Source of the DNA: Candidatus Omnitrophota bacterium | GTDB lineage: Bacteria; Ratteibacteria; UBA8468; MWAK01 | Length of the DNA: 64,000 bases | Reading direction: 5' to 3' | NCBI GenBank assembly: GCA_043826355.1 | Contig: JBDRQI010000030.1 | Coordinates: 44,102 to 108,101, forward strand | In this document: positions 28,671-38,398 of the stretch, in pieces | How the letters are laid out: the number at the start of each line of letters is the position of its first letter | How positions within the stretch are numbered: the stretch's first letter is position 1 | The notes under the pieces: generated by a model | What the model was told of the DNA's origin: nothing | Database searches by the model: none | Seen by the model: only the letters and a program-made list of their open reading frames with translations | Program-made: the position numbers and the translations under genes

Positions 28671-29573
28671 ATGACCATTACCGAAAGTCAGGAATTACTG
28701 CTCAAGGCGGTTAAGGCGAACCGCCTGGCAGCCGCCTACCTGTTTATCGGCGCGGGAGAAGCAGAGAGGCGCGCCCTGGCTAAATTTTTGACGCAGGCGC
28801 TCTTCTGTTCCGAAATCACGCCGGGTTCCTTGCCCTGCAACCACTGTTCCGCCTGCCGGAGGGTGGCCGAAGAGAAGCACCCGGACCTGTTTCTTATTCG
28901 GGGTGAGGGTGTGATGGGTTTTCTTTCCATTGACCAGGTCAGGCAACTGAAATCGGAAATTTACCTTTCACCCTACCAGGCGAAATACCGGGTTTACCTC
29001 CTGGAAATAGAAGCCATCCGGGACGAAGCCGCCAACGCTTTCCTGAAGACACTGGAAGAGCCGCCTGAAACCGCAATTATCATAATCCTCTCCCAGACCG
29101 AACGGGAATTTATACCTACCATCCTTTCCCGGCTCGCTAAAATCCGTTTGCCGGAACCGGAATTGTCGGTTTCAAATTTGCAGCACCTTACGAGTACCGC
29201 CGGTCTTTCCTGGCAGGAGCCGTCCGGGATATTTAAACTGGCAAAAGAGATGGCTGATGCGGAAGAGGAGGATTTGAAACTATTGCTGAAAGAGATTATC
29301 GCCGGTTTGCGGATATCCCTGGAATTTAAGGAAGGCCTGCGTTCCAGGGAGGAGACGCCGGAAGCGATGGTAAAGATTGCGAATAAGGCGAAAGATGCCG
29401 GTGAACTCCGTTCTCTTCTGGAAAAAGCGCTGGGCCGGCGCCAGGATATCCTGCGGGGAAGGGTCACAACCCGGCTCGCCCTGGAAACGCTGCTTATCCC
29501 CCTGTCTCAACCGGCTCACCCTATCCCTCCCCCTGAACGCGGGAGCCAGCACCAAAAGATACCTCCTCCCTGA
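28671..29573 (+). CDS. holB: DNA polymerase III delta' subunit
   Basis: Zn motif, 'HPD', 'AANAFLKTLEEPP' and 'PTILSR'; follows tmk. Confidence 0.88.
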   Translation: MTITESQELLLKAVKANRLAAAYLFIGAGEAERRALAKFLTQALFCSEITPGSLPCNHCSACRRVAEEKHPDLFLIRGEGVMGFLSIDQVRQLKSEIYLSPYQAKYRVYLLEIEAIRDEAANAFLKTLEEPPETAIIIILSQTEREFIPTILSRLAKIRLPEPELSVSNLQHLTSTAGLSWQEPSGIFKLAKEMADAEEEDLKLLLKEIIAGLRISLEFKEGLRSREETPEAMVKIANKAKDAGELRSLLEKALGRRQDILRGRVTTRLALETLLIPLSQPAHPIPPPERGSQHQKIPPP

Positions 29574-29594
29574 TGGGGGAGGTAAGTGGGGGTG
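29515..29594. repeat. CTCACCC/CCTCCC...GGGAG palindromic repeat pair overlapping the holB 3' end
   Basis: CTCACCCTATCCCTCCCCC...GGGAG and CCTCCTCCC...GGGGGAGG...GGGGGTG form an imperfect inverted pair. Confidence 0.55.
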
Positions 29595-29667
29595 TAGTGC
29601 TTTACCAAACGCAATGTAGTATTGCATTTAGTAATACTATGTGCAAACAAGGTTGCATATAGTAATA

Positions 29668-30072
29668 TTATTTATAATCGGTGGTTTCCTTAAGGATTGT
29701 CTCTATTTCCGGTTTGTAATGCAGGGTGTTATTAATAAGACATTTTTTCGCCCACCCTATCGCTTCCTTGAATTCTTTTTCCGATTTGGCTGAAGGCAGG
29801 AAAATTTCCAGGGATATTTTTTTTATCCGGTCCGGAAGTTTTTCGTAGGTTACTTCAATCTTCAACCCGGTCGGGTCCCAATTAAACTTTTTGCAGTAAA
29901 AGGCCAGCTCTATTCCGGTGCACGAAGCGAGACTGATTGCAAAGAGTTCCACCGGTGTCGGTCCGGCATCTTCCCCCCCGAGGCCCAGAGGCAGGTCAAC
30001 CGCAACCTTATGATTTCGCGCTGACGCTTCAAAGGACATGCCCCCTGAATATTTTACGCTTATTTTTCCCAC
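29668..30072 (-). CDS. OsmC-family protein
   Basis: 'GG.D.GPTP.E...SLASC' and 'C.I.NTL' conserved cysteines. Confidence 0.85.
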   Translation of the reverse strand: MGKISVKYSGGMSFEASARNHKVAVDLPLGLGGEDAGPTPVELFAISLASCTGIELAFYCKKFNWDPTGLKIEVTYEKLPDRIKKISLEIFLPSAKSEKEFKEAIGWAKKCLINNTLHYKPEIETILKETTDYK

Positions 30073-30087
30073 GTTTGCCTCCCGGTT
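29973..30087. repeat. 115-bp perfect direct repeat, copy 1
   Basis: Identical to 33214-33328. Confidence 0.9.
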
Positions 30088-30848
30088 GGTTGCGTCTCTT
30101 CAAATTCTTTTTTATCGCGCCTGCCTTTTTCAGAAAGGGTAACCAAAAGGATGGAAATTTCATAGAGAACAATCATCGGTAGCGCCATCAAACTCTGGGT
30201 GAAGGCATCCGGGGACGGGGTGATGACGGCGGCGATTACAAAGGCGAGGATGACGAAGATTCGGCGCTGCCTTCGTAAGAATTGCGAGTTGACAATACCC
30301 AGCCGTCCCAGGAGTAAAACCACGTCCGGCAGGGTAAAGACCAGGCCGAAACCAAGGATAAATATCAACAGAAAAGTAAGGTAGGAATTAAAAGAGAGGA
30401 AGGGATGCAGCCCGGGCGGCGCCACCGAGAGGAGAAATCTGAACCCCGGCGGCAGGACTATAAAATAGCCGAAAGCGCAACCGCCCCAAAAAAGAAAAAA
30501 GAAGGAAGCGATAAAACCAAGAACCGGTTTGCGTTCCGCAGGATGGAGGCCCGGACGTAAAAAGGCCCAGACCTGGTAAAGGAGCAAAGGGAAAGAGAGG
30601 AGCAACCCGGCCGCCAGCGCCAGTTTTATCAGGGTGAAGAACGGTTCCACCGGCGTGAGGTAGACCAATTGCCCCACCCTGCCTTTTAAAGGATAGAGCA
30701 GAACTTTCAGAAAATAACGGGAAATTATCCCGTACGCCAGGATGCTGGCGGAAAGCCAGATTAAGAGCGACCCGAAGATTCGGCGCCGCAACTCCTCCAG
30801 GTGCTGGATTAAATCCCAATCACTCTTTCTTGGCGGCTGATTCATCAT
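30060..30848 (-). CDS. tatC: Twin-arginine translocase TatC
   Basis: 'HLEELRRR', 'YQVWAFL.PGL' and 'ITPSPD' motifs. Confidence 0.95.
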   Translation of the reverse strand: MMNQPPRKSDWDLIQHLEELRRRIFGSLLIWLSASILAYGIISRYFLKVLLYPLKGRVGQLVYLTPVEPFFTLIKLALAAGLLLSFPLLLYQVWAFLRPGLHPAERKPVLGFIASFFFLFWGGCAFGYFIVLPPGFRFLLSVAPPGLHPFLSFNSYLTFLLIFILGFGLVFTLPDVVLLLGRLGIVNSQFLRRQRRIFVILAFVIAAVITPSPDAFTQSLMALPMIVLYEISILLVTLSEKGRRDKKEFEETQPTGRQTWEK

Positions 30849-31005
30849 CTTTCTTGATTTCGTTTTCCGCTTCCTTCATCCCTTTGCGGAATTCCGCCAG
30901 GGTTTTTCCCAGAGAACGCCCGATTTCCGGCAGGCGCCTGGCGCCGAAAACAAGAAGCACAATTAAGAAGATAACCAATAACTCCTGAAATCCAATTCCA
31001 AACAT
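30820..31005 (-). CDS. tatA: Twin-arginine translocase TatA
   Basis: 'GIG..EL...LLVFGA.RLPE.GRSLGK...EFRKG'. Confidence 0.95.
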   Translation of the reverse strand: MFGIGFQELLVIFLIVLLVFGARRLPEIGRSLGKTLAEFRKGMKEAENEIKKDDESAAKKE

Positions 31006-31089
31006 TTTCCTCCTTTGCCCGCTGAAGCGTGGACGCCAAATGGCGGCGAAGCCGCCTGGTATAAAGCGTCCGTCTTGCGAAGGCGGGCT

Positions 31090-32247
31090 TTACCCGCGGA
31101 TTTCACCCCGGTTAAAGACAACAATGGCTGCTTCGCCGGAGACCGGGCATTGTTTTTCGCAGGCGCCGCACCCGATGCAAATTGCCTCGTTGACAATCGG
31201 CCTTTTTTCATTGTCCGTCCGGATGGCCGCAACCGGACAATATTCCATGCAGACCAGGCAGAGTTTACCCTGGTCCCAGGCAAGGCAGCGGCCGCGGTCA
31301 ATTTGAGCGGTGCCGATTTTGAACTGTCCCAGTCGCGTTTTTTTGATGGCGTTGCTCGGGCAGACCCGATAACACAAGAAACAGAGTTCGCAGGGACCGA
31401 TGCGCGGGATCAGCCGCGGGGTGCCTAACCCCGCTAACCCGGTTTCCAGAAAGCATGGTTTCAACCCGCTGCTGGGACAGACTTTAACGCATTCTCCGCA
31501 GCGCACGCAAAGGGAATTAAACTCCGTTTCTTTTCCGGCGGCCGGCGGACGCAGGATGCGGTCGGACATTTCTTCTTTTTTCCTGAACTTAAGTCCGCCC
31601 CCGGCCAGAAGCCCTAAAAAAAGAGCGCTCAGGAATTGGCGCCGGGAAAGGTCAAACGCAGCCGGTCGTTTTCTGACTTTTTTCCCAACCCGTGTTGCCA
31701 GTTCCAGGATTGCGCCCAACGGGCAGAGGTTAAAACACCAGAACCTCGGAAAGACGGCGCTGATGATAATTATTACCAGGAAAAGTATCAGGCCCGGCAG
31801 GGAAAGGAGCATCCCCAGGGAGATTACCAGCGGGTCGAACTGCTGGACTATGCCGGCCAGGCCGAAACCGGTCAAAACCAGGAAGATTACCAGCGCGGAG
31901 ATTTGAACTGCAAAAATAAACCTTAGCCGGGGGCTTTTCCGCCAACGCTTTCTGGCGCTCAGGAACGACGCCAGGTCAATACAGGTGCCCAGCGGGCAGA
32001 TATTCCAGCAGAAGAACCGGCCGAAAAAGAGCGTCAACGCCAGGAGCAGGAGAGCCGGCCAGAACGAAATTAAAACGGTCTTCGCGGCGAGGCTGGCGGT
32101 TATTCCCAGAAAAGGGTCCAACCGGAAGAAGACGTTGCTCCATCCTTTCAGGTGGAGCGGGTAACGTGTCTGCCACGCCAGGATAAAGAAAAGCGCCAGC
32201 CAGAAAATCTGGAAGAGATTCCTCCGTCTGAACCGTAGCCGAAACAT
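31090..32247 (-). CDS. Membrane polyferredoxin (NapH-like N-terminus, NapG/MauM-like C-terminus)
   Basis: CxxxCP motifs within TM segments, an internal 'SRRQFL', and four C-terminal 4Fe-4S motifs. Confidence 0.85.
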   Translation of the reverse strand: MFRLRFRRRNLFQIFWLALFFILAWQTRYPLHLKGWSNVFFRLDPFLGITASLAAKTVLISFWPALLLLALTLFFGRFFCWNICPLGTCIDLASFLSARKRWRKSPRLRFIFAVQISALVIFLVLTGFGLAGIVQQFDPLVISLGMLLSLPGLILFLVIIIISAVFPRFWCFNLCPLGAILELATRVGKKVRKRPAAFDLSRRQFLSALFLGLLAGGGLKFRKKEEMSDRILRPPAAGKETEFNSLCVRCGECVKVCPSSGLKPCFLETGLAGLGTPRLIPRIGPCELCFLCYRVCPSNAIKKTRLGQFKIGTAQIDRGRCLAWDQGKLCLVCMEYCPVAAIRTDNEKRPIVNEAICIGCGACEKQCPVSGEAAIVVFNRGEIRG

Positions 32248-33147
32248 TCAGGATAGTTTTATGTTTTTCACCCGGAGCGACTGGAGGTCGATTTCGCCCA
32301 GCCCCATCTGGTGAGCAATTCTGATGTGGGAAACTTTTTCCGGGGTAAATCCCAGAATTTTGGCTCCATAAGCATCGGCGGACACCGGGTCAGTGGCCGC
32401 AACAAGCTGGTTGAGCGTCTGCACGTTGCCGGGTCCGGCCGGTCCGTTGGAGGTCAGGATTCGGGTGGCATCCAGTAAAATCAGTTTTGGCTTGACCGCG
32501 AAGCTCAGGTCAGCGATTGTCTGATGCAGGTCGGTTGAATGCATCGCGCCGCGGTCCCAGACCACGCCCATTAAATTCTTCATGCTCAGGGTGACCATTG
32601 AGCCGCCGTGAACCTTAACCACCGGCAGGTTAATCAGGACGTCGCAATCCAGTATCTCGTTAATAATCATCGGAGAACGTAAAGTTTTAGCTTCGGGAAT
32701 ATTAATCTGGCGATAATATTTTATCTGGTCTGCCGGCCGGACTTCGGCGCCGGCCTGTTTGGCTGCCGCCTCAATCCCGCTCTGCTGGTAAGATATCCGG
32801 TAATTGCTGCAGGTGTGGTCGATAACGACAACTTGCCGGGCGCCGGCCTGCCGGCACAAACCTATCACGGCCGCCACAACTTCCGGGTCGGTATTGGCTC
32901 CTTCCTGGGGAGTTCTTGACCAGGCGATGTTAGGTTTGACGACTACCCGGTTTCCCGGCCGCACAAACCGGTTGATTCCGCCCAGGGCTTTAATTGCCGC
33001 TTCAACCCGTTCTTGAGCCGTACCGCCGGTCACAACGGATAGATGCGGCGGCAATTCCGGCCAGGCCGTCTTCCGGCCGAACGCGCCCCAGACCAGGACA
33101 GCCGCCAGCGAAGAAGCAGACCACTTTAAAAATTCACGGCGATTCAT
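32248..33147 (-). CDS. DUF362-domain protein with Tat signal
   Basis: 'MNRREFLK', 'VVVKPNI', 'INLP..K.H', 'KNLMG' and 'DPV..D' motifs. Confidence 0.88.
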   Translation of the reverse strand: MNRREFLKWSASSLAAVLVWGAFGRKTAWPELPPHLSVVTGGTAQERVEAAIKALGGINRFVRPGNRVVVKPNIAWSRTPQEGANTDPEVVAAVIGLCRQAGARQVVVIDHTCSNYRISYQQSGIEAAAKQAGAEVRPADQIKYYRQINIPEAKTLRSPMIINEILDCDVLINLPVVKVHGGSMVTLSMKNLMGVVWDRGAMHSTDLHQTIADLSFAVKPKLILLDATRILTSNGPAGPGNVQTLNQLVAATDPVSADAYGAKILGFTPEKVSHIRIAHQMGLGEIDLQSLRVKNIKLS

Positions 33148-33313
33148 CTTTCACCTCCAGAAAAGTTATCTTGATTGCCGGTTTGTGGTACAGGGTATTA
33201 TGAATGGGGCATCCCCCCCCGAGGCCCAGAGGCAGGTCAACCGCAACCTTATGATTTCGCGCTGACGCTTCAAAGGACATGCCCCCTGAATATTTTACGC
33301 TTATTTTTCCCAC
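33134..33313 (-). pseudogene. Internally deleted OsmC paralogue
   Basis: The N-terminus is identical to the osmC at 30072 and is joined directly to 'GCPIHNTL'. The central region with the first cysteine is missing. Confidence 0.7.
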
Positions 33314-33328
33314 GTTTGCCTCCCGGTT
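33214..33328. repeat. 115-bp perfect direct repeat, copy 2
   Basis: Identical to 29973-30087. Confidence 0.9.
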
Positions 33329-33420
33329 AGAAAATACGCCATAATATATTACCACAAAAAGCGGTTTTTGGGATTAGGCTACTATCCGAGCGGGCGGTAA
33401 ATAAGATATAATAAATTACG

Positions 33421-35655
33421 ATGAAATATTTGCGGGCTCTCTCGCGGTTAATTTTGGCGTCTCTTTTTCTGACCGGCTCATTAACGGTTTTAACCGTTGA
33501 AAAATCCTTTGGCTCCGAAGCACCATTAAACCGACCCAAAGTCGGTCTGGTCTTAAGCGGCGGCGGGGCTAGGGGCGCTGCGCATATCGGGGTTCTTAAA
33601 GTCCTTGAAAAGCAGAACATTATCGTTGACTATATAGCCGGCACCAGCATGGGCGCGGTGGTAGGCGGTCTTTACGCTTCCGGCCTGTCTCCCGAAGAGA
33701 TAGAGAAAGAACTGGAACTGATAGACTGGAAAGATATTTTTTCCGATGCGCCCCGCCGGCAGGAACTGCCTTTTCGCCGAAAAAAAGATGCGCAAAACTA
33801 TCTTACCGGGGTGGAGATCGGCGTTAAGGGCGGGAAGATAGCCCTTCCGAAGGGTCTCATCGCCGGACAGAAACTCGGTTTTCTCTTAAAATCGCTGACG
33901 TTGCACACGGCCGATATTAAGGATTTTGACCATTTGCCCATTCCTTTCCGGGCGGTAGCCGCCGACATTGAAACCGGTAAAATAGTGGTGTTAAGACACG
34001 GCAATTTTGCCGAGGCCATCCGGGCCAGCATGTCTATTCCCGGCGTCTTCTCGCCGGTGGAGATAGACGGAAAACTGCTGGTAGACGGCGGGATTGCCCG
34101 AAATCTTCCCGTGGACGTCGTCAAAGAGATGGGCGCAGACGTGGTGATTGCCGTGGACATCGGTTCCACCCTCTCCAAACGGGAAGAATTGAACACACTG
34201 GTCGATGTTTACCGGCAGGTCTTGACGGTAATGGGTCAGCAGAACGTGGTTGAACAGGTTAAACTTATCGGAAAAGATGACTGCCTCATCCGGCCCGAAC
34301 TCGGCAAAATTTCCACCGCCGATTTTCCCAGGGCGATGGAAATTATCCGCATCGGCGAAGAGGCCGCGCTCAATTGCCGGGAAACGCTGCAGCGTTACGC
34401 TGTTTCTCCGGAAGAATATCAGTCTTTTCTTAAGCGCCGTTTTCTCGGCATGTCGTATCCGGTCAGCGTGGATTTTGTAAAGGTAAAGGAGACAAAACAT
34501 ATTTCCGGCAAGGTGGTGGAAGATAAACTTAAAACAAAAGCCGGCAGAGACCTTAACTTGAAAACCCTTAAAGATGACCTGGCGAGGGTTTATGGCATCG
34601 GCGCTTTTGAACACGTTGATTTCCAGTTCATCAAAGAGGGGGATAAGCAGGGTTTGCTGATCAGTCCCACCGAAAAAACATGGGGGCCGAACTATTTCTA
34701 TTTCGGGATGCGGCTCTCGGATGATTTCCAGGGGACGAAACATAACAATCTTTTGTTTAACTATAATATGACCCAGGTTAATTCTCTTGGGGCCGAATGG
34801 CAGACCCAGCTTCAAATCGGAAATGACGGCCGCCTGAGTTCCGAGTTTTTCCAACCGCTGGACTATTCCGGCCGGTTTTTTTTAATTCCGCGGGTTGAAG
34901 CCACGGTCGGTTTCACCGAAGTGTACGATGGAGACAAGATAGGGGCCCGGTACCAGATAAATTCCAGCAAGGTCGGCCTGGACGTCGGAACGGAGTTAGG
35001 CACCTACGGCGAAGTCAGGTTTGGCGTTGAAAAAAGGTACGTTTCGGCCGACCTCAGGGTCGGTTCGGCGGTTCCGAAAGAAGACAGCGGCAGCCAGGCG
35101 GCCTTCGTGGGTAGTTTTGCTTTTGACCATCTGGACGATTCCAACTTCCCCCGCTACGGGGCCAAATTTGACCTGGATCTTATCCTGGCGCGGCGCGATA
35201 TGCTGGGCGGAGAAATATCTTACGACAAGGCGGTCTTTTCCGTAATCGGCGCTACAAGTTATAAAAGACATACATTCCTGGCTTCGCTGGAGGGCGGCTC
35301 CAGTTTTGACAGCGAAATACCTTTTTATGATCAGTTTACCCTGGGCGGTTTTCTATCCTTATCCGGTTACCGGGAGGGAGAATTGCGGGGCAATTATTAC
35401 GGTCTGGCCCGGATTATCTACTTTTACCGTTTCGGCACGCTTCCTTTCGCCTGGGGCGACAGCCTCTACCTGGGCGGTTCCATCGAGGCCGGCAAAGCCT
35501 GGATTTCAAGTAAAGAGATTGAACTGAGCGACTTATTGTGGAACAGCAGTCTGCTGGTCGGCGCCGACACGCCTTTCGGCCCCCTCTATTTGAGTTACGG
35601 GTTTAGCGAGAAAACCCCCGGGGTTTTTTACGTTTATCTGGGCCGGAAGTTTTAA
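33421..35655 (+). CDS. PlpD-like patatin phospholipase with POTRA and Omp85-type beta-barrel (type Vd architecture)
   Basis: Signal peptide, GGGARG, GTSMG and DGG motifs, C-terminal amphipathic strands, 'FTLGG..LSGY', and a terminal Phe. Confidence 0.85.
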   Translation: MKYLRALSRLILASLFLTGSLTVLTVEKSFGSEAPLNRPKVGLVLSGGGARGAAHIGVLKVLEKQNIIVDYIAGTSMGAVVGGLYASGLSPEEIEKELELIDWKDIFSDAPRRQELPFRRKKDAQNYLTGVEIGVKGGKIALPKGLIAGQKLGFLLKSLTLHTADIKDFDHLPIPFRAVAADIETGKIVVLRHGNFAEAIRASMSIPGVFSPVEIDGKLLVDGGIARNLPVDVVKEMGADVVIAVDIGSTLSKREELNTLVDVYRQVLTVMGQQNVVEQVKLIGKDDCLIRPELGKISTADFPRAMEIIRIGEEAALNCRETLQRYAVSPEEYQSFLKRRFLGMSYPVSVDFVKVKETKHISGKVVEDKLKTKAGRDLNLKTLKDDLARVYGIGAFEHVDFQFIKEGDKQGLLISPTEKTWGPNYFYFGMRLSDDFQGTKHNNLLFNYNMTQVNSLGAEWQTQLQIGNDGRLSSEFFQPLDYSGRFFLIPRVEATVGFTEVYDGDKIGARYQINSSKVGLDVGTELGTYGEVRFGVEKRYVSADLRVGSAVPKEDSGSQAAFVGSFAFDHLDDSNFPRYGAKFDLDLILARRDMLGGEISYDKAVFSVIGATSYKRHTFLASLEGGSSFDSEIPFYDQFTLGGFLSLSGYREGELRGNYYGLARIIYFYRFGTLPFAWGDSLYLGGSIEAGKAWISSKEIELSDLLWNSSLLVGADTPFGPLYLSYGFSEKTPGVFYVYLGRKF

Positions 35656-35824
35656 ATCCGGCGGGGGTCTATATGCAAACTCACTTTTGGAACGGGGAGA
35701 TTAACACAGCAGATGTTAAGGAAGAATTACCGGCAAGCATCTATTTTATCTGGCTGTGGCGGGAGAAACATTATCAATTGTAGTCTTGGGAAGGAGAATT
35801 TTGATTGCTAGCAGGAGGATTCCA

Positions 35825-37930
35825 ATGAATCTTAGTACGAAGAATGAATGGCTGTGGAATTCGCGGTGGACTCACTGGTGGCTTAAAACTATCGGACCAG
35901 GGACGGAAAACGAAACATGCATGGAGCCCACCTTTTCGGGGGCTGTTGATGACGATGAAGTGTTGCGGCGTGTAAAAGCGCTCAAGCGGGCTAATATCAA
36001 CGCGGTATTAACCGAGGGCCTTCGCGGCATAATCCGGTTTGAACATGACGGTAAGACCGATGCGGTGATTGAATCTATCGGCAAGGCAACGCAGGCGTGT
36101 CACCGCGCAGGAATCAAGGTTATTCATCATACAACCACGGTCTTTGCCGGCCATAACCTGAGCGAGTTTCCCGCCGTTTACCGGGAATGGCTGAATATTG
36201 ACGCCCAGACCGGAACATATGCATATAGCAGATGGTGCGACGTGTATTTATGGTGCATCAATAATCCGGATTTTCGCGCCGAGTATTTTCGTCTTTCCGA
36301 AAAAGTCCTCCGGGAAACGGGCGCGGACGGTTTTATGACGGATGAAGTCTATTTCCGCACCGGTTGGCATAACTGCGCGTGCCCGCATTGCCGGGAAAAA
36401 TTCCGTAAAAAAACGGGGTTTGTTTTGCCTTCCGGAGACGCGGCTTATTTCTGGGGGTGTTTTGACAATCCCGCCTTCCGGGCCTGGATTCGGTTCCGGG
36501 CCGCTTCGGTCGGTGATTTTTACCAGGATTTGTATACGGCGCTCAGAAAAGCGCATTCCCATCCGGTATTGCTGGGGTGCAAGAACAGTGCGGAAGACCC
36601 GTGCCATGTTCCGTTATTCGGCGACAGCAATGAGGAACGGATGCGGGGGGTTAATCTGCTGTTTGCGGAATTATGCAGCGACACGACGTCAATTTTATAC
36701 AGTTGGCGCCGGTTATCGGTCTGTTATATGGCTTATGACGGACTGAGTAATTATTACGGAACGCCGACAATGGCGATTATGTACGCTGCGCCCCAGGAAG
36801 GATTTATCAGTTGGGCCATTATGGCTGCCCACGGTATTCGCGTGTGGGCGACTTCCGGTGGGCTTTCTCGCAGCCAACAATTGCTGACCGCCCCGAAGGA
36901 TATGACGTTGTTTACGGAATTATTCGGCTGGGAGGAAAAACATAAGGAAGAATTGACGGGCGCGGTCCGGCCGCTGGCTGATATCGGGGTTCTGTTTTCC
37001 GCGTCAACGCGGGATATGGCGCTGTCGCATATGGGCCCCTGCGGGGAAGCCTGGTATCCTTATGTCAGGGAATGGGCGGGCTGGTGTGAAACGTTGACCG
37101 ATGAATATATTCAGTATGCGATGATAGTTGAACCGGAATTGACATTCGCCTGTTTACGGCAATATGCGTTAATTATTCTCCCGGATACAACCTGCATGAG
37201 CGACGCGGCCTGCCAGGCCGTTGTTGAATATGTGGCCCATGGCGGAAATTTGATTTTTACGCATACAGCGGGGACGTGCGATGAAACCGGTTCGCAAAGT
37301 TTAATGCCGGAGCACCGATTGGGAAAATTGGGGATTAACGCAAAATCCGAGAGTTGGAGTTCTTATTCCTCCGAACAACAGTCTATCCGGTTTGGAAATC
37401 ATGCCCTCGGGAAATGGGCATATTTCACGCATCAGCCCGGCCGGATGGTATATGCTGAGGCCAATGCCCTCGGGACACCAAGACTCAGGAATGCGCTAAC
37501 CGCTCCGGTTGTTTCCGAAGAAGACCGGCAACTTCAGAAATCCCTGATGATAAATGCGGTTAGGTGGACGACCGGAAACAAACGGTCGTTAACCGTGAAA
37601 CAGGCTCCGGAAGGGTTGTTGATCAAGGCTTTTCATCAACAAAACAAAAAGCGCCGCGCGGTGGTCATTCATCTGCTCAATTGTCGCGGCGATGAATCGG
37701 TGGAATTCGGCGACTTCATTTCTGAGAAAAAACCGGTTGAATTTCCATCCCCGGAAAATGATATCATCCTGGAACTGCGTCTTGATTCAATACAACAAGC
37801 CTATTTGATCTCTCCGGATTGGCCGGGGAGAAAGCCGGTAAAATTTAACCGGATTGACGGTGTATTTTACTTAACAATTCCCGCCCACTCGTTGAAACGC
37901 TACGAAGTGCTTTATATAGTAAACGCATAA
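35825..37930 (+). CDS. Glycoside-hydrolase-like protein (TIM barrel plus GH42-type trimerisation domain)
   Basis: 'CINNPDFR', 'DG.M.D', 'C.C..CR..F' and 'YV..GG.LI' motifs. AGGAGG RBS precedes ATG 35825. Confidence 0.65.
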   Translation: MNLSTKNEWLWNSRWTHWWLKTIGPGTENETCMEPTFSGAVDDDEVLRRVKALKRANINAVLTEGLRGIIRFEHDGKTDAVIESIGKATQACHRAGIKVIHHTTTVFAGHNLSEFPAVYREWLNIDAQTGTYAYSRWCDVYLWCINNPDFRAEYFRLSEKVLRETGADGFMTDEVYFRTGWHNCACPHCREKFRKKTGFVLPSGDAAYFWGCFDNPAFRAWIRFRAASVGDFYQDLYTALRKAHSHPVLLGCKNSAEDPCHVPLFGDSNEERMRGVNLLFAELCSDTTSILYSWRRLSVCYMAYDGLSNYYGTPTMAIMYAAPQEGFISWAIMAAHGIRVWATSGGLSRSQQLLTAPKDMTLFTELFGWEEKHKEELTGAVRPLADIGVLFSASTRDMALSHMGPCGEAWYPYVREWAGWCETLTDEYIQYAMIVEPELTFACLRQYALIILPDTTCMSDAACQAVVEYVAHGGNLIFTHTAGTCDETGSQSLMPEHRLGKLGINAKSESWSSYSSEQQSIRFGNHALGKWAYFTHQPGRMVYAEANALGTPRLRNALTAPVVSEEDRQLQKSLMINAVRWTTGNKRSLTVKQAPEGLLIKAFHQQNKKRRAVVIHLLNCRGDESVEFGDFISEKKPVEFPSPENDIILELRLDSIQQAYLISPDWPGRKPVKFNRIDGVFYLTIPAHSLKRYEVLYIVNA

Positions 37931-38136
37931 AAATGTTATCGGCGCATGGAAATTTTATTATCGGAAAAACAAATATTTTAAGCGGAGAATCGGGATACTG
38001 TCCGAAGACAATTACGTAAACAAAGTAATTGTCCGCAAAATTTAAAATTTAGCTGAAAAGCGCAACGGTAGTTTGAGAAAACGGATATATACAGAAGTTT
38101 GTTAAAAAAATTGTCGTAGAGTAAAATAGAGGAAAG

Positions 38137-38219
38137 GCCGAAGTGGTGGAACGGCAGACGCGCTAGCTTCAGGAGCTAGTGGGATCACTCCCGTGGGGGT
38201 TCGAATCCCCCCTTCGGCA
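38137..38219 (+). tRNA. tRNA-Leu(CAG)
   Basis: GCCGAAG/CTTCGGC-A acceptor stem, CTAGC TT-CAG-GA GCTAG anticodon arm, long variable arm, TTCGAAT. Confidence 0.95.
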
Positions 38220-38380
38220 CGAAAGCATAACATGTAGGATGGGGGGATTCGAACCTTGAAACTTCAAGGAAAGGGTTGCTCACCTGCTCGCAACCCGACG
38301 CAAACTGAGCTCCTTACTCGTCGCTCAGCGTCTCCCCTTCGGCACGAAAGCATAACATGTAGGATGGGGGGATTCGAACC
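38209..38380 (+). repeat. tRNA-Leu-linked element with a 47-bp direct repeat
   Basis: 38209-38255 is identical to 38334-38380, and each copy ends in an inverted T-arm copy. Confidence 0.9.
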
Positions 38381-38398
38381 CCAAAAGTTAAAAATTTA

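Noticed and set aside
31015..31428. 137-aa plus-strand ORF
   Set aside because: Antisense to the polyferredoxin gene and starts in a palindromic spacer.
33991..34854. 287-aa minus-strand ORF
   Set aside because: Lies wholly antisense to the patatin gene and is a codon-bias shadow.
38007..38033. Inverted repeat GACAATTAC-N9-GTAATTGTC
   Set aside because: Single occurrence; cannot be distinguished between terminator, operator or chance.
38209..38380. Possible mini-CRISPR (two 47-bp repeats)
   Set aside because: Only two copies, derived from the tRNA end, with a 78-bp structured spacer and no cas genes.
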